Assembly: GCA_964016885.1 (NCBI GenBank)
Contig: OZ024740.1
Location: 310,372,001 to 310,436,000 of the forward strand
Source: Eledone cirrhosa
Taxonomy: Eukaryota
DNA: 64,000 nt
Direction of reading: 5' to 3'
This document shows positions 25,291 to 39,844 of this stretch, one piece after another. The first letter of the stretch is position 1. The number at the start of each line of letters is the position of its first letter. The position numbers and the translations under genes were made by a program. The notes beneath the pieces are model-generated. The model saw nothing but the letters and a program-made list of their open reading frames with translations, ran no database searches and was not told the DNA's origin.

Positions 25291-28200
25291 CCGAATTAGT
25301 ATGGTAGAACGAGTACACATGTTGTTGAGGTGTATAACTTTGTCAATACTCTGATATGCCCAGTTCCTGGTTGGGTTGTTATTTCACTGAGGAACTGGAA
25401 TCATATGAATTTAATCAAACGAATTTCAGCGTCAAAGGGCCTCTTCTCCTCTCATTGGTCAGTTGTTACAACATTCCTCAGTCAAAAGTCTATAGAAATT
25501 CGTTCTGAGGCAAGCCAATCTGTAGTTGTTGTTCTTGTTATTGTTAGGTACATCTGACCTCTATTCTTGTTGGTAGTGGCATTTGTGTGCGTTTGAAAAG
25601 ATAAACTTGTTGAGGCATTTATTTACTAAATGATTGATTCCGGTGAGTCCGACGAGGATGAAACAATTGTAAATAAAATTAGGATGTAAATAAGTGTTTA
25701 ATAACATGTTTTAATGAATATATATATATATCTGTATGTGGTTAACGGCTGTATCTGGTTAATCACCGGTTTCTGATACCCTTTAGTAACAGCAACACGT
25801 CAATTCAATACCTCTCCTTCTGATATATAACTGGTTTCATAAATAAACAAATAAATAATACCTAGTAGATTGGACCTTTTTTTAGCTTATGTGAAACTTA
25901 TTTAATCTACAATAAATTTCTTGTTAATATAGTGGCATTTTTATATAAACTCTTCTAACTCTAATTTGGGAGGTTTGAGATTTTCCTCGTATACACAGTG
26001 TATTGATATTTGATTTTGAATAGAAAATTGCTAAAATAATCTGATATATGAATGGGTCTCAAAATACAATTCCGAATATAAAATAAACACGTGATTGAAA
26101 AGTTTACAACATAACACAAAATATATTTTATCAATTCCATGTTCTTACATATATATTTGTATTTATGACTGTACTTTGCTCAAAGATCTAAATTGTTTGC
26201 ACTATTCGACTGAAAGAATGAAGATATATTGTCATTTCTTTCACATAAATTAACTTATATCTCTAGAGAAATGCTAGATTGATTTTCTCTCTTTTCTTTT
26301 TATTGTAAAAGAAATATCAAATTCAAATTTATAGGCGGTGGCAACACTTATAAAAAAATATTTTACCCATGAATATGCTTCTCAGAATAAATAAAACAAT
26401 ATGAGATGCCGCATATACCAAAATTGAAATGTCATACCAATGGATGACAATGATATAACAAATTTATATATTGTCCTATGATTGATGCATATCTAGTTAT
26501 AAGAATATTTATTTTGAAACAGGAGGTAAACGTATCATCGTAAATCTTTTACTTGCTAACAGAAATCCCGCTATATATAATACTTCTTATTCATATTTCT
26601 GTTAAACGTAATTCATATCATATTAGAATCATCTGCTGCAAATGATTTAATGTGTTCCCACGTTGCTTTGATTGTAAAGAATATATATATTTTTTCAACT
26701 TTAACTATTGATAACAGCTTATGAATAGTATATTATTGTTGAAAACGATATATCCTATTAATCATGAAAAATCTATAATTCAAACTAATATAATCATAAT
26801 ATCAATTTGCATATGATGGTTTTATAATAAGGATATTGGGTTATGAATACAAATATTATTTTATATGTTAATGACACTAGATATAGTTTTCCGTTAACAC
26901 ATAAAAACATATTTATGTCCAACATGTGTATGAAATGATAACATTTAATGTTTCCATTTAAATATAGTATATAACTAAATATTCACAATAATTCATAAAA
27001 AAGGTGTTTGAAATTTGGCTGATGTTCCAAGAAAATTCCCAACATTAATGATATATAATAACAACAAAACTCAATAAATAAATCAATACATAAATCACAG
27101 TAAATATTCCTGTATATAGATGATGATTTTAGTATTAATGAATAATTAAAATAAGACTACGTTGCAATTCTTAAACGATTAGAAAAAATAAAGGCTTTTT
27201 TAAATACCATTATATTTTCGTGTGATGTACGAGCTTTGTGCATATGACCATGAAGTGTTTCTTGTGATGTTTATGCTTAACCTATATTTAAAAGTAATTT
27301 CTAACCTGAACATTATGCATTTTTCAACCTGAAATTATATACCCCCTCTTTCTTTGTAAGCGTATATACAACCTTTAAGAAATAGCTTATACTGCTACAG
27401 TGGACATATCTATTCCTGTTGAAGTTAATTGAACTGATGCTAGCGTTCATTTGTTTGGCACAAGATAATATTATCAAATCCATCCCGAAAGCACAAGCTT
27501 TGCCACAGATTTTATTTAAACTCTGTTTCCTCTACTACAAATGAAATAGATGTTTTAAAGCTTCGTCCCTAAACCTCCAATGTTGTTATTATCGATTTTC
27601 TGTTTTAGATTCAAGATAATACAGGTGAAACTTGCTGAGTGAATAGATGATAATGATCTATCGATACACGAATAATGTAGGATTTCTTATAAACAACAGA
27701 CGAATACTTGAGCAAGCTTCGTAATTCTACCTATCTCAGTTTAACATGCCTCAAAGGGATAACAGATAATTTGTAATTGTATGAAATGCTCTAAATTCAT
27801 GCCTGCCCACTGAAAATATGTGTATTCAAATGGAAAGCATTTATGAAGTTAGGAATGGTTGTTATTTAGCAGAATTGATATTGCTACAGTCAAAATGCGC
27901 TATTTACTTGAGCTCTCCTACGTGTCCTGTAAAGCCAAGGATATCTGTGCTTTAAAACTGCAATGGGTGAAAAGTTAAGATACCAACTAAATACTTGCAG
28001 TGAAATAATCGACTGTAGCACAATGTTAAGACCCTATATATATGTTATGAATCAATAAAAAATATCAGGTATTCAAAGAATATTGCTGCCATGTTTAACA
28101 CAACAGGGTGTTAAATTCTGTTCAAATCCATTGGGTGCTTCTTAAGATTCATGTCTATTTTAAAGATACCTATACGATATTGTACTCATCCAAAGAGCAG

Positions 28201-28504
28201 GCATCAGCTTCAAATATCAGAGTACTGAACTAATGCGTTTATTTATTTTCAACCTTGATGACGCTAAGCTAAAATGATTCTAATGTATACGTTGTTATTC
28301 AAATCTCATTTAAATATCAATATCACTTTTTCTAAACATAGAAAATCAATATACATGTTACTGTTAACAACAGTGAAACTATTTAGTCCATAAAAATGCT
28401 TGTAATATATGTGTATATCTAAACAGTAGTTTAGAACCTAATACGGCGGATACACAATTATGTCGTACAAAATGTGATGCAAATGTGCTGTAATTGGATC
28501 AGGT

Positions 28505-30143
28505 TCACTCTTCTATCATAGAATGGATACAAATTATGAGAAACCTAAAAACTCTGATCAACCAATACAAAGAAGGACTCACTAACAAGGAATTCCGCTT
28601 CATCACAGACTTCACAAGTAAATCCATCCTTTTCTACGGTATCCCTAAAGTACATAAAAGCGAATTAATAAGTAAGGCATTTCAAGGAAGCCACAGACAT
28701 AGTCATTAATGTCTCCTCGCCCAATGATCTCAAATTAAGACCTATAATAGCAGGCCCCGCTTGCGAAACCCACCGCCTTAGCAACTTCATTGAAACCCTT
28801 CTCAAGCCTTTTCTCAAACACATCAAAAGTTATATAAGGGACAACCTAGATATGCTCAATCACCTCCCTAATATGCCCATTTCTGAACAAACCCTACTAG
28901 TGACGTTCCATGTAGTCAACCTATACTCCAACATCCCCCACAACCTAGGAATAGAAGGTATCCAATTCTGGCTGGATAATTACCACAATGTGACTCCCAC
29001 AACGCATCAAAAAAGAATTCGTGATAGAGGGACTCAAATTTATCTCAAACAATTACTTCGTTTTCAATAACAAACTCTACAGGCAGAAATATGGGACCGC
29101 TATGGGAACGAAAACAGCCCCCACTTATGCCAACGTAGTCATGGGATACCTGGAAATCCCCCTCTGCACTAAAGTACTAAACAAATTTGGAAACACTCTT
29201 CACTTACAGATAGAAAGGAACTGGAAGCGATATCTAGATGACTGCTTCATCCTTTGGCACGAAAACATCGAGAAACTTAAAGAATTTCGCACCCTTATAA
29301 ATGGACTCAACACAAATATTAACTTCACGATGGGATACAGCCATCAACCACTCCCCTTCCTCGACATCCTCATTAAGATTCATAACAAAAAAATAGAAAC
29401 AGACATATACTACAAGCCCACAGACTCCAAGCAATATCTTCCTTTCAACTCTTGCCACCCTAGATACGTTAAAATTAATATTCCCTACATCTTAGCCAAG
29501 AGAATCTGTACTATAGTCTCCAATAAAAACATCTGTTACTTACGGCTACAAGAACTAAAGGACACACTCATAGGCAGGGATTACCCTGCATCACTAATTG
29601 ACAATGGAATCCAACGTGCCCTAAAACTCAGTACCCAGGACTTTAGACACCCTAAAGTAAATCAACCGAAACTAAAAGCTCTTCCATACATCTCCACACA
29701 CAACACCCTCAGCAATGAGGCCTTTGACACCATCCTCCAGAACATCCGTGTTGAAAAAGGACCATAGAATGAACCAGATCCTACGAACACACGATATCAT
29801 AAAGAGCAAAAGACAATCTAAGTGAATGTAAAACATCCTAACACATGCCAAAGTACTACCAATATATGTATTAACTTGCTCAGGCTGTCGAGAACAATAC
29901 ATAGGCCAGAACAAAAACAGCCTCCGCCAACGCATGACTGTCCATAGATCCCAAATTAAAATACGGGAATACAGGAAAATACCACTGAGTGAACACATTG
30001 ATCCCTGTGCCGCCCAAAATCATCCCAACTTCAGAATCTTTCCCCTCTACAAATTTAAAGATAATGCCACCCACACCCAGCGCATCAGCAAGGAATCTCA
30101 CTTTATTAACAAATACGGACCCCGTCTAAACACTTCTCCCTAA
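28505..30143 (+). pseudogene. Penelope-like retroelement ORF (RT plus GIY-YIG endonuclease), frameshifted
   Basis: FYGIPKVHK, LRPII, NLYSNIP, GTAMGT, RYLDD, LPFLDI, YYKPT, SCHP, C..C...YIGQ, R..E..FI..Y.P.LN. Confidence 0.93.
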
Positions 30144-30657
30144 GACGAACCCACAACATACACACGTCAACATACATACCTACATCAGCATACATCCTAC
30201 ATACATCTCTATCAACATATAAACACAATGACATACGTAAACACACATGTTCTATGGTGCAACATAAATATACACGAAGTTGCATACCTTTTGATGTCTA
30301 TAGATATAAACATGCCGACACACACACATACATATACGCACGCATGCATTGCACACTGATGGGAACATACATATTTGTACACTTACCAGTATCACAAAAA
30401 TACTGGTCCACCCACACACACACACACATTCTCACACACACACACAAACACACTTATATATACACAGACACACATATATACACACACACACATACACACG
30501 CGTACATTAACATACAAAGAGACATATACACACACACTCACACACACTTCTCCGTATAAGACAAGAGCTGAAAAATATCTTTTAACATGTTAAAAGATCC
30601 CCCACACACGTACAGACACATTCCTACTGACCGATCCCTCTACCACGAATTACTCTG

Positions 30658-30745
<88 letters not shown>

Positions 30746-30899
30746 ATACACACACACACTTGTCTTAATAGTCATTTGAACTGTCAGCAGGCTGCGGGAC
30801 GCACACACATCCCTGCTGACCATTATCACAACAACGAACCTCTTTACTACTACTACTACACACACACACATATTTGTCTAGAAAGACTTATTTTTTAGT

Positions 30900-31355
<456 letters not shown>

Positions 31356-31602
31356 TATATATATATATATATATATATATAAACAATTAAGTTAAAGTGT
31401 ACATCTACATATGTATACGGAAGTATTAGTATGCATATAAATACACACATGTATACATATGTACATGTACTCAGTTTTTCACTAGACACTTTACAGTGAG
31501 TGTCAGCTAGTCTGTATGTAACCACACAGACGGACCGGGTTTTAGAGTCATACGAGTTTTCAAGGAAACACATTTCCTCTATTCTCCAGAGGGCCAGACA
31601 GG

Positions 31603-31647
31603 AATATTGGACTAGTTTCGATGTTATTACATCTCATCAGCAATATT
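31603..31647 (-). ncRNA. Type I hammerhead (family M), inverted copy
   Basis: AATATTG-CTGATGA-GATGT aata ACATC-GAAA-CTAG-TC-CAATATT; all stems perfect. Confidence 0.9.
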
Positions 31648-32063
31648 TACCCATCTTCTGGGGAGGAAATGTGTTTCCTTGAAAACTCGTATGACTCTAA
31701 AACCCGGTCCGTCTGTGTGGTTACATACAGACTAGCTGACACTCACTGTAAAGTGTCTAGTGAAAAACTGAGTACATGTACATATGTATACATGTGTGTA
31801 TTTATATGCATACTAATACTTCCGTATACATATGTAGTTGTACACTTTAACTTAATTGTTTAAGCGTCAGTCATACAAAAGTGAGTTAGAAGCGAAACGA
31901 AATTTAATTTCGTTTCGTTATTTGTTTTTATCGTTTCCGCTGAACCGGGGCGTACAATGACTCACGTTCTATGCAAATTAGTCTACCCACTACTAATTTT
32001 CATAGAAAAAGCATATAACGATATGTGCTTTTACAATTCTCCAGAGAAGCCGGAAGATGGGTA

Positions 32064-32108
32064 AATATTGCTGATGAAATGTAATAACATCGAAACTAGT
32101 CCAATATT
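32064..32108 (+). ncRNA. Type I hammerhead (family M)
   Basis: AATATTG-CTGATGA-aATGT aata ACATc-GAAA-CTAG-TC-CAATATT; outer helix TTCTCCAGAG/CTCTGGAGAA. Confidence 0.88.
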
Positions 32109-32532
32109 CCTGTCTGGCCCTCTGGAGAATAGAGGAAATGTGTTTCCTTGAAAACTCGTATGACTCTAAAACCCGGTCCGTCTGTGTGGTTACATACAGA
32201 CTAGCTGACACTCACTGTAAAGTGTCTAGTGAAAAACTGAGTACATGTACATATGTATACATGTGTGTATTTATATGCATACTAATACTTCCGTATACAT
32301 ATGTAGATGTACACTTTAACTTAATTGTTTAAGCGTCAGTCATACAAAAGTGAGTTAGAAGCGAAACGAAATTTAATTTCGTTTCGTTATTTGTTTTTAT
32401 CGTTTCCGCTGAACCGGGGCGTACAATGACTCACGTTCTATGCAAATTAGTCTACCCACTACTAATTTTCATAGAAAAAGCATATAACGATATGTGCTTT
32501 TACAATTCTCCAGAGAAGCCGGAAGATGGGTA

Positions 32533-32577
32533 AATATTGCTGATGAAATGTAATAACATCGAAACTAGTCCAATATT
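32533..32577 (+). ncRNA. Type I hammerhead (family M), next tandem unit
   Basis: Identical to 32064-32108, offset by 469 bp. Confidence 0.88.
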
Positions 32578-33489
32578 CCTGTCTGGCCCTCTGGAGAATA
32601 GAGGAAATGTGTTTCCTTGAAAACTCGTATGACTCTAAAACCCGGTCCGTCTGTGTGGTTACATACAGACTAGCTGACACTCACTGTAAAGTGTCTAGTG
32701 AAAAACTGAGTACATGTACATATGTATACATGTGTGTATTTATATGCATACTAATACTTCCGTATACATATGTAGATGTACACTTTAACTTAATTGTTTA
32801 AGCGTCAGTCATACAAAAGTGAGTTAGAAAGGAAACGAAATTTAATTTCGTTTCGTTATTTGTTTTTATATATATATACATATATATATCACATAAGAGA
32901 CGGAGAATCAGTGTTGCGACGAATAAAATTTATTAGACATATTACAATCGTTTCTCTGGAGACCAGCTCGAGAGACGAGCGATGTAATGATCGAACCTGA
33001 CTCTGAAATCGCAAGATCCTCAGATACGTCTCGATTCTACGAAGCAGAGTTTCCAAATGTCCAGTTACACCCGCGGCCTTCACGGCCTGTTGTTATCATT
33101 CTATGAATGGTCAACAATTGTGCACGTCATCAGTAATTTTAGCCACTCATGGCCGTCATATATTTGGGTCCTTTCATTCGCCACCTGTCAATCAAAGTTG
33201 TTTCTTAAATCGCAATTACTACTGTAAGAAGTAAGGGGTTGTATGATTGAACCGCTCGCGCCCAGTCGCCGCCTTCTCAACCTGTAGGCACCCTCACCCA
33301 TGTCGATGTTTCGTGCAGGCGTGATACATTCGGGCACTTTAGGCGCTTTAGCGATCTCTCTCTATAATTCGTAGTATTTCTTTTTTTAGATAGATACATG
33401 CATATAAGGTCGCGCCCTTATAATATTTGTCTGTATGTTTGGTTGTCTGCATTACGTCACTTCCCACAATTCCATCTGCGTCCAGGACG

Positions 33490-33900
33490 CGCCCTTATAA
33501 TATATGTCTCTATGTCTGGCTGTCTGCTCCCTCCGGTTATAATGCCACACTTGCTCAAGACAAACCTCACACTCATTTCCCAAACAGTTGATAAGAGCAC
33601 ACAACTTCTTCCTCACGTTTTAAGCCACAATGTTGCTTACTTACGTACCACCAGACCCTTACTTCTTTGCCAGCCGTGGTTGTGGCAATACTAACCTTAT
33701 AATATCTGCCTGTATGTCTGGCTGTCTGCTGCCTCCGGTTATTCTGCCAACCTTGCTCAAGACAAATCTCACACTCATTCCCCAAACAGTTGGTAAGTGC
33801 ACCCAACTTCTTCCTCACGTTTTAAGCCACAGTGTTGCTTACTTACGTACCACCAGACTCTTACTTCTTTGCCAGCCGTGGTTGTGACAAAACTAAGCTT
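33490..33900 (+). repeat. About 200-bp direct duplication upstream of the Helitron ORF
   Basis: CTTATAATAT..TATGTCTGGCTGTCTGC..GCCAGCCGTGGTTGTG occurs twice. Confidence 0.85.
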
Positions 33901-34599
33901 AGCTAAGGCGGTTATATATTTCACACAACACTAAAAATGAAAGCCTGTAACTATGTATTAGTCAGTCCCTTCTTCATACCATGAGCAAAGAAAATCCAAC
34001 TTTTAGTGGAGTGAGTGAAATAAAGTCGATCCTACTGCGATTCAAAAATCAGGTTTGCAGGTTATATATTTCACACAACACTAAAAATTAAAGCCGGGAA
34101 AGAAAAACATCGCTATAATAGCTTCAATTTTCACAGTGCTGCAATTTTATGCGAATTACTTAAGAAATATGTATTGTATATTTTTTTTGTGTTTAAATTT
34201 TATACTTTGTAAGAATTTTAAATGACTAGCAGAAAAACCACCAACCCTCTGACACCATTTGCCCTGCTGATGGCCAAATCTACCACTCATTCAACAGATA
34301 TTTGGTAAGCGCACATAGTTTCTCTCTCCAGTTTTCACCTGATGCACGTACGCGCTAATGCCTTCACTTTTTTTCAGTGCTGCCCACAATCGTATCATTA
34401 ACCTTTACTTCTTTTTGGGCCTCGGTTGTCGCAATGTTAAGCTTACTGTCATCCCAATACTCTGAGGGTAGTTAAGCAAGTTGCCTTGCCTTTAGGCCAC
34501 ATACCAGTAAACAAATCCAGAGACACCTAATGCAATTCAATTACACATTCACCCTTGCTCTAGGAGTGAGTCTCACTGCCCTTCTTCCTAATTTTAGTT

Positions 34600-37500
34600 C
34601 ATGCTTCGAACGAAGACATACTCTATCGGACGAAAAACTGCGAAAGCTGCAATGTCAAGAGCAAGGGGGGCAAAGGAATCATCAGAGGATTCTACTATCC
34701 GACGGTCACAAGCTGCTAACCGTGGTGCCGTAAGAAGAGCACTGGAAACAGACGACAAACGAACCGCTCGCCGAACATTATTGCCGTTTTGACTGCTACT
34801 GCAAGAGCTGCAGAGACTGAACAGCAGCGTCGATGCCGCCATACTGCTAACGCGGCGTCAACGTCTGCTGCAAGAGCTGCAGAAAATGAAGACCAGCGTC
34901 CAAACCGCCATGCCGCTAACGCTGCGTCAACGTCTGCTGCAAGAACTGCGGAGCCAAACCAACAGCGTAAACGTCGCCGAACCTCTGATACCGCGTCAAC
35001 TGCTGCTTCACGGGCTGCGGAGAACGAAGAACAGCGCATTAGACGTCGGGCAACGGATGCTGCGAACACTGCTGCTGCTCGAGTTTCCAAAACGGCGTAA
35101 GACCGCGATAACCGTCTAGAGGGTAATGTCCAACGAAGAGCCGTTAGGCTAGGTGTTTCAAAGCCGTGCAGCTCACAATGGGCCTTCAAAGCTTTAGAGT
35201 ACAGCCCCATCTTTCATTACGGCAGCCACACAAACATGACACTTGGAAGTATGTCAAAAATGTGCTCATTGTGCAATGCCAAAAAGTGGTCGGGGGAACC
35301 ACCTGGTATGTGCTGCTCAAACGGGAAGGTCAAATTGCACTCACCGGAGGACCCACCACAGCCGTTGAAGATCCTCCTTTCAGGCTCAACTGCCGATTCA
35401 AAGCACTTTCTCAGTAATATCCGGAAGTACAATTGCGCCTTCCAGATGACATCTTTCGGGGCAAATATTGTCGGAGAGGCTTCATTTATGCCCACATTTA
35501 AAGTGCAACGGCAGGCATATCATCGAATCGGACCTCTCCAACCTACTGCCAACGAAGATCCCCAGTTCCTCCAAATGTATTTCTTCGGGAATGTCAACGA
35601 ACAGGTTGCCATGCGGCACTCAATTTCACCTGGCACCAACCTTGACCTTATCAGAAACCTACAAGACATTTTGCTCACATACAACAGCTATGTCATCAGC
35701 TTGAAGTACGGATTGGAAGCAGCTCCTTCATCAAATTTCAATGTCGTAATTGATACCTCGAAAAGACCCCCTGGCGAACATTCGGGCCGCTACAATTTCC
35801 TGCGTGCAACGAAATAGCTGTACTTCTTCACGGTTGTCAGCACAACCCTCGATACATTGTTCTACGGCGACGAGACAACACCCTCCAACGTATAAGCGAA
35901 ACGCCCAGGTCTTATGACGCTCTTCAATATCCACTGCTGTTTGTGAAAGGAGAGGACAGCTACCGATTTGGTATTCCTCAGGATAATCCCGAACATCCTG
36001 GGCGTTCAACCAATCAAACTGTTTCCTGCATTAGTTTCTACTCTTACCGCTTCATGGTGCGTCGCAACTCATTCAAACACTTGCACCAATCAAGAGACCT
36101 CTTTCAGCAATTCGCCGTCGACATGTGTGCGAAAATGGAATCGGAAAGGTTGTGCTTCATCCGGTCACACCAGAGGCAATTGCGGTCTGAGAGATACATC
36201 CACCTCCGAGATGCCCTCACAAATGATACAGCGCAGCCAGCGTAGGAAAACTCTGCATCCTCCCATCCACTTTCACCGGAAGTCCGCGCTACATGCACGA
36301 GAGGATGCAAGATGCCATGACTTACGTTCGGCATTACGGCAGGCCCGACCTGTTCATCACTTTCACTTGCAATCCTAAGTGGAAGGAGATTGCTGCAGAA
36401 CTGTCCCAAGGGCAACAGACCAAATACAGGCATGACCTCCAGGCCAGAGTCTTTCGGCTGAAGCTTATCAACCTGATCGAGCTCATCAAGAGAGGACCAG
36501 TTATATACGACATGTACACCGTCGAGTGGCAGAAGAGGGGCCTATCGCATGCCCATATCCTCATCTGGCTGTCCGCAAGAATATCTCCAAACGACATTGA
36601 CAAAGTCATCTCCGCTGAGCTTCCCAACCCGTCTACGAAATACTGAAGGCAACATGGTCCATGGTCCATGTGGGCATGGTATCAATTTGAGCTCACCTTG
36701 CCTGAACAACAAAGTCTGCAGCAAAAGGTTTCCCCGAAAGTTCTTTAAAGAAGCCCAGACTTGTACAGACGACGGTAACCCATAGATGGTGGTTTCACAG
36801 CGACAGTTGGACAGCACGAGGTCGACAACCGATGGAATTCTGTAGCTCCGTCAAGTTCATCAAGTACATCTGCAACTACTTGAATAAGGTTTCAGACGCT
36901 GCTATGTTCGGTCTACAGCAGGACAACAGCCGTGATGAGGTCACACAATACCAAGTTGGCCGTTACATCAGTAGCAACGAGGCTTTCTGGCGGATTTTTG
37001 GCTTGCCAATACACCAAAGGCACCCAGCTATTGTACAGATCGCGGTTCACCTTCAGAATGGTCAAACGGTCTACTTCACCGACGCTAATGCTGCCCAAAT
37101 GGTGGAGAACCCACGAGAAACAACCCTCACTGGATTTTTTAAACTGTGTCGGACCTACTCTTTTGCACAGACTCTGCTTTACCCCCAGATGCCGTCCTAC
37201 TACACATGGAATAAGCAACAATGGTTTCGCAGAAAGGCAGGTCAACCTGTTGAAGGACATCCCGGCATAACGTTTGACAGCTGCCTTGGGAGGGTTTACA
37301 CTTTGCACCCGAACAAGCACAAGTGCTTCTACCTTCGCCTTCTGCTGCATGAGAGAAGAGGACCCCAATCTTTTCACGAGTTCCGAACTTTTGACGGCTG
37401 CGTGTGCAACGCTTATAGGGAAGCTTGCTTCAAGCGTGGCCTGCTGGAAGACGGTGTGCTGTGGGAAGAGATCTTTTTCGAAGCCGTTGCATCTCAATCG

Positions 37501-38185
37501 CCTATGCGTTTACGAGCTCTATTTGCAGTAATGCTGCAAACTTGCGAACTAAGCAATCCTATGTCTTTGTGGCTGCAGTCCAAAGAAGACTTATCCGAGG
37601 ACTACAAACGCCTGGCCCAACTGCAATACCCTCAAATGGAACGAACCAGCGATGAGGTCTTCAATTGTGCTTTGATTAACATTGAGGACAGAGTTTCATC
37701 ACTCGGTGGAAATTATTTGCCGTCATATGGTTTCCCCAAGCGCTCCGTACCGGGTCAAACGTACTTCCTACAGATATTCTTCGGGAAACATCCTACGAGG
37801 TCGATGACCTTGCCAAGTGTGTCCGTGAAACTGAACCACAACTTCTTCCGGATCAATGTTGTGTTTAAATTGTTTCTGACCATGTGCGCCAAATAAAAGG
37901 AGGTATGTTCTTTCTGGATACTCCTGGAGGGACGGGCAAAACATTTTTAACAAGACTTCTCATTGCAAAAGTCAGGATGCCCAATGAGATAGCGGTTGCT
38001 GTGGCTTCTTCGGGGATTGCTGCAACTTTGGTGCCAAATGGCAGGACAGCACACTCCACTTTCAAATTGCCCCTCAATTTAACGAAGTCAGAAACACCCA
38101 TTTGCAGCAACAGCAGGTATTCCGACCAGGGCCAAGTCCTGAAACGGTGCCAACTCATTGTCTAGAATGAGTGCACCATGGCATA
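34600..38185 (+). pseudogene. Helitron Rep/Helicase (HUH endonuclease plus Pif1 helicase), disrupted and 3'-truncated
   Basis: CCSNGKV, RKYNCAFQMTSFG, YDALQYPLLF, FTGSPRYM, GRPDLFITFTCNPKW, EWQKRGLSHAHIL, HGPCG, GRYISSNEA, DTPGGTGKT, AVASSGIAATL..GRTAHSTFKLP. Confidence 0.95.
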
Positions 38186-38189
38186 AATA

Positions 38190-38910
38190 AAGATGAATAT
38201 AATGATTTGAATTTAAAATAACAAAGGAAAAATTATAGAAAAGCCCCGGCCGATGATCTTGCAGACATCAATAATGATGAATTTAAATTAATAGCAAAAT
38301 TTGGAATTGAAGGAAGAACTGAGCCTTTCATACCTAGACAGCCGAGGATAAATTTTAAGGATCACAAAAGAAACTTTGAGGAAGTCCTGCCAGTTAGACT
38401 GATTGCTCCATCTAAATCGAATATTGGAGTAATCAGTAAGAATAGTATTGATAGAATTCTACCTACTCTGAAATTGAAGTCTAAATTGAGCTTATGGAAG
38501 GACACTAATGAAGTGATTGACTGGTTTAAAAATATAGACAAGAAAAATCACAAATTCATCAAAATGGACATAGCAAGCTATTATTATTCACCTAACCTAT
38601 TAAATAAAGCTTTATATTATGCTTACAAACATACAGATCTAACTACGGATGAAATCGATATCATATTAACTGCCAGAAGAACTGTAATTAATTTCAACAA
38701 TGAATATTGAACCTGTTCAGATAGGAATAGAAACTTTGACATTACCATGGGATCATCGGACTCAGGTCACGGATCTTCTGGGGATTTTCATCTTAAATAT
38801 GGTAAATAGAAAACTATCGGAGACTACCGGTGGTTTATATAGGGACGATATTTTATTTACGGTTGTCAAACATAGCAATACAGAACTAAATAGGGTTAAA
38901 AAAACTATAT
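38190..38910 (+). pseudogene. Penelope-like RT fragment (Naiad-like)
   Basis: KDHKRNF..VRLIAPSKSNIGVISK, WKDTNEVIDWF, FIKMDIASY, GLYRDD. Confidence 0.75.
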
Positions 38911-39139
38911 AAGTGTGTGTGTATATAATAGAAAAACAGGAAAGTTTCGTTTACATATGAAATATATTTATTGCGTATCGACCTGTTACACGCGTTTTGC
39001 AGTTTTGCAGAGGATTGGCTCAAGGGGGCCCATAGGAGTTATGAACCCGACTCCAGTATCGATCTCCTCCCCAGACTAGTGATGTGACAAAAGATACGTA
39101 TACGCATACATACGCATTAAAACACATACACATACATGC

Positions 39140-39519
39140 ATCTGAAAGTTTTCGTTTTCTTCCGGGGTTATTTTCGACGAGGAGGTTTTTCCCTCTTTCT
39201 CAAATGGTGTAATTACTTTCGATACTGTACATCTGGATACACCAAACATTTCGGCTGTTTTCGTTACGCTAGCCTCTGCCATACGAGCACCAACAAATTG
39301 ACCTCTTTGAAAGTCCGATAGATCTATCATTTTAATGAATTTTAATTACCTTTTTCTGATGATATCTGAAGAGAAACAGCAATTTTAACAAAACATATTA
39401 AGCAACACTAATAATAAATCAAAAAACATAAAGATAAACAAGCTTTTGACGGTTTTATAGATATTTTAAAATTATGATGCTATGTTGTTAGGTGTTTCCA
39501 TTATTGTGTCCAACCCCTG
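39140..39519 (-). mobile_element. Tc1-like transposon 5' end (TIR plus transposase HTH fragment)
   Basis: TA|CAGGGGTTGGACACAATAATGGAAACACC terminus; ORF DLSDFQRGQFVGARMAEASVTKTAEMFGVSRCTVSKV. Confidence 0.85.
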
Positions 39520-39532
39520 TAATATATATATA

Positions 39533-39621
<89 letters not shown>

Positions 39622-39749
39622 GTGAGGTTTTTTACAAAATGAAAAATAACCGAGGTGTCCTACACGAGTGAAAGTATAAAGAAAAAAAGATGAAATCGAA
39701 AATGCACTTGGAGTCTTATTTTTTTTAAATATATATATTTATTTGGTTC

Positions 39750-39785
39750 CTTTACCGGTTTCGCAATTATTCTGCTTTTCAAAAG
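39750..39785 (-). ncRNA. Minimal hammerhead, U3:A8 variant (family F)
   Basis: CTT-TTGAAAA-GCAG aataa TTGC-GAAA-CCGG-TA-AAG. Confidence 0.65.
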
Positions 39786-39844
39786 TAGAGTTGAGATGGA
39801 GGGTCTGTGGTTTTTCTCACATCTGGTTGGTCTTAGAATGTTAC

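Larger units (their letters stand above)
31381..32870 (+). repeat. 469-bp near-identical tandem repeat (about 2.6 units) preceded by an inverted partial copy; HHR family M
   Basis: Units start at about 31664, 32133 and 32602; 31381-31660 is the reverse complement; flanked by (TA)n. Confidence 0.95.

Noticed and set aside
32890-33330. Possible solo LTR (TGTTGCG.. with AATAAA on the minus strand)
   Set aside because: No second terminus, TSD or primer-binding site could be confirmed
39355-39382. CTGATGA..GAAA inside the Tc1 5' region
   Set aside because: Stems do not form; chance match
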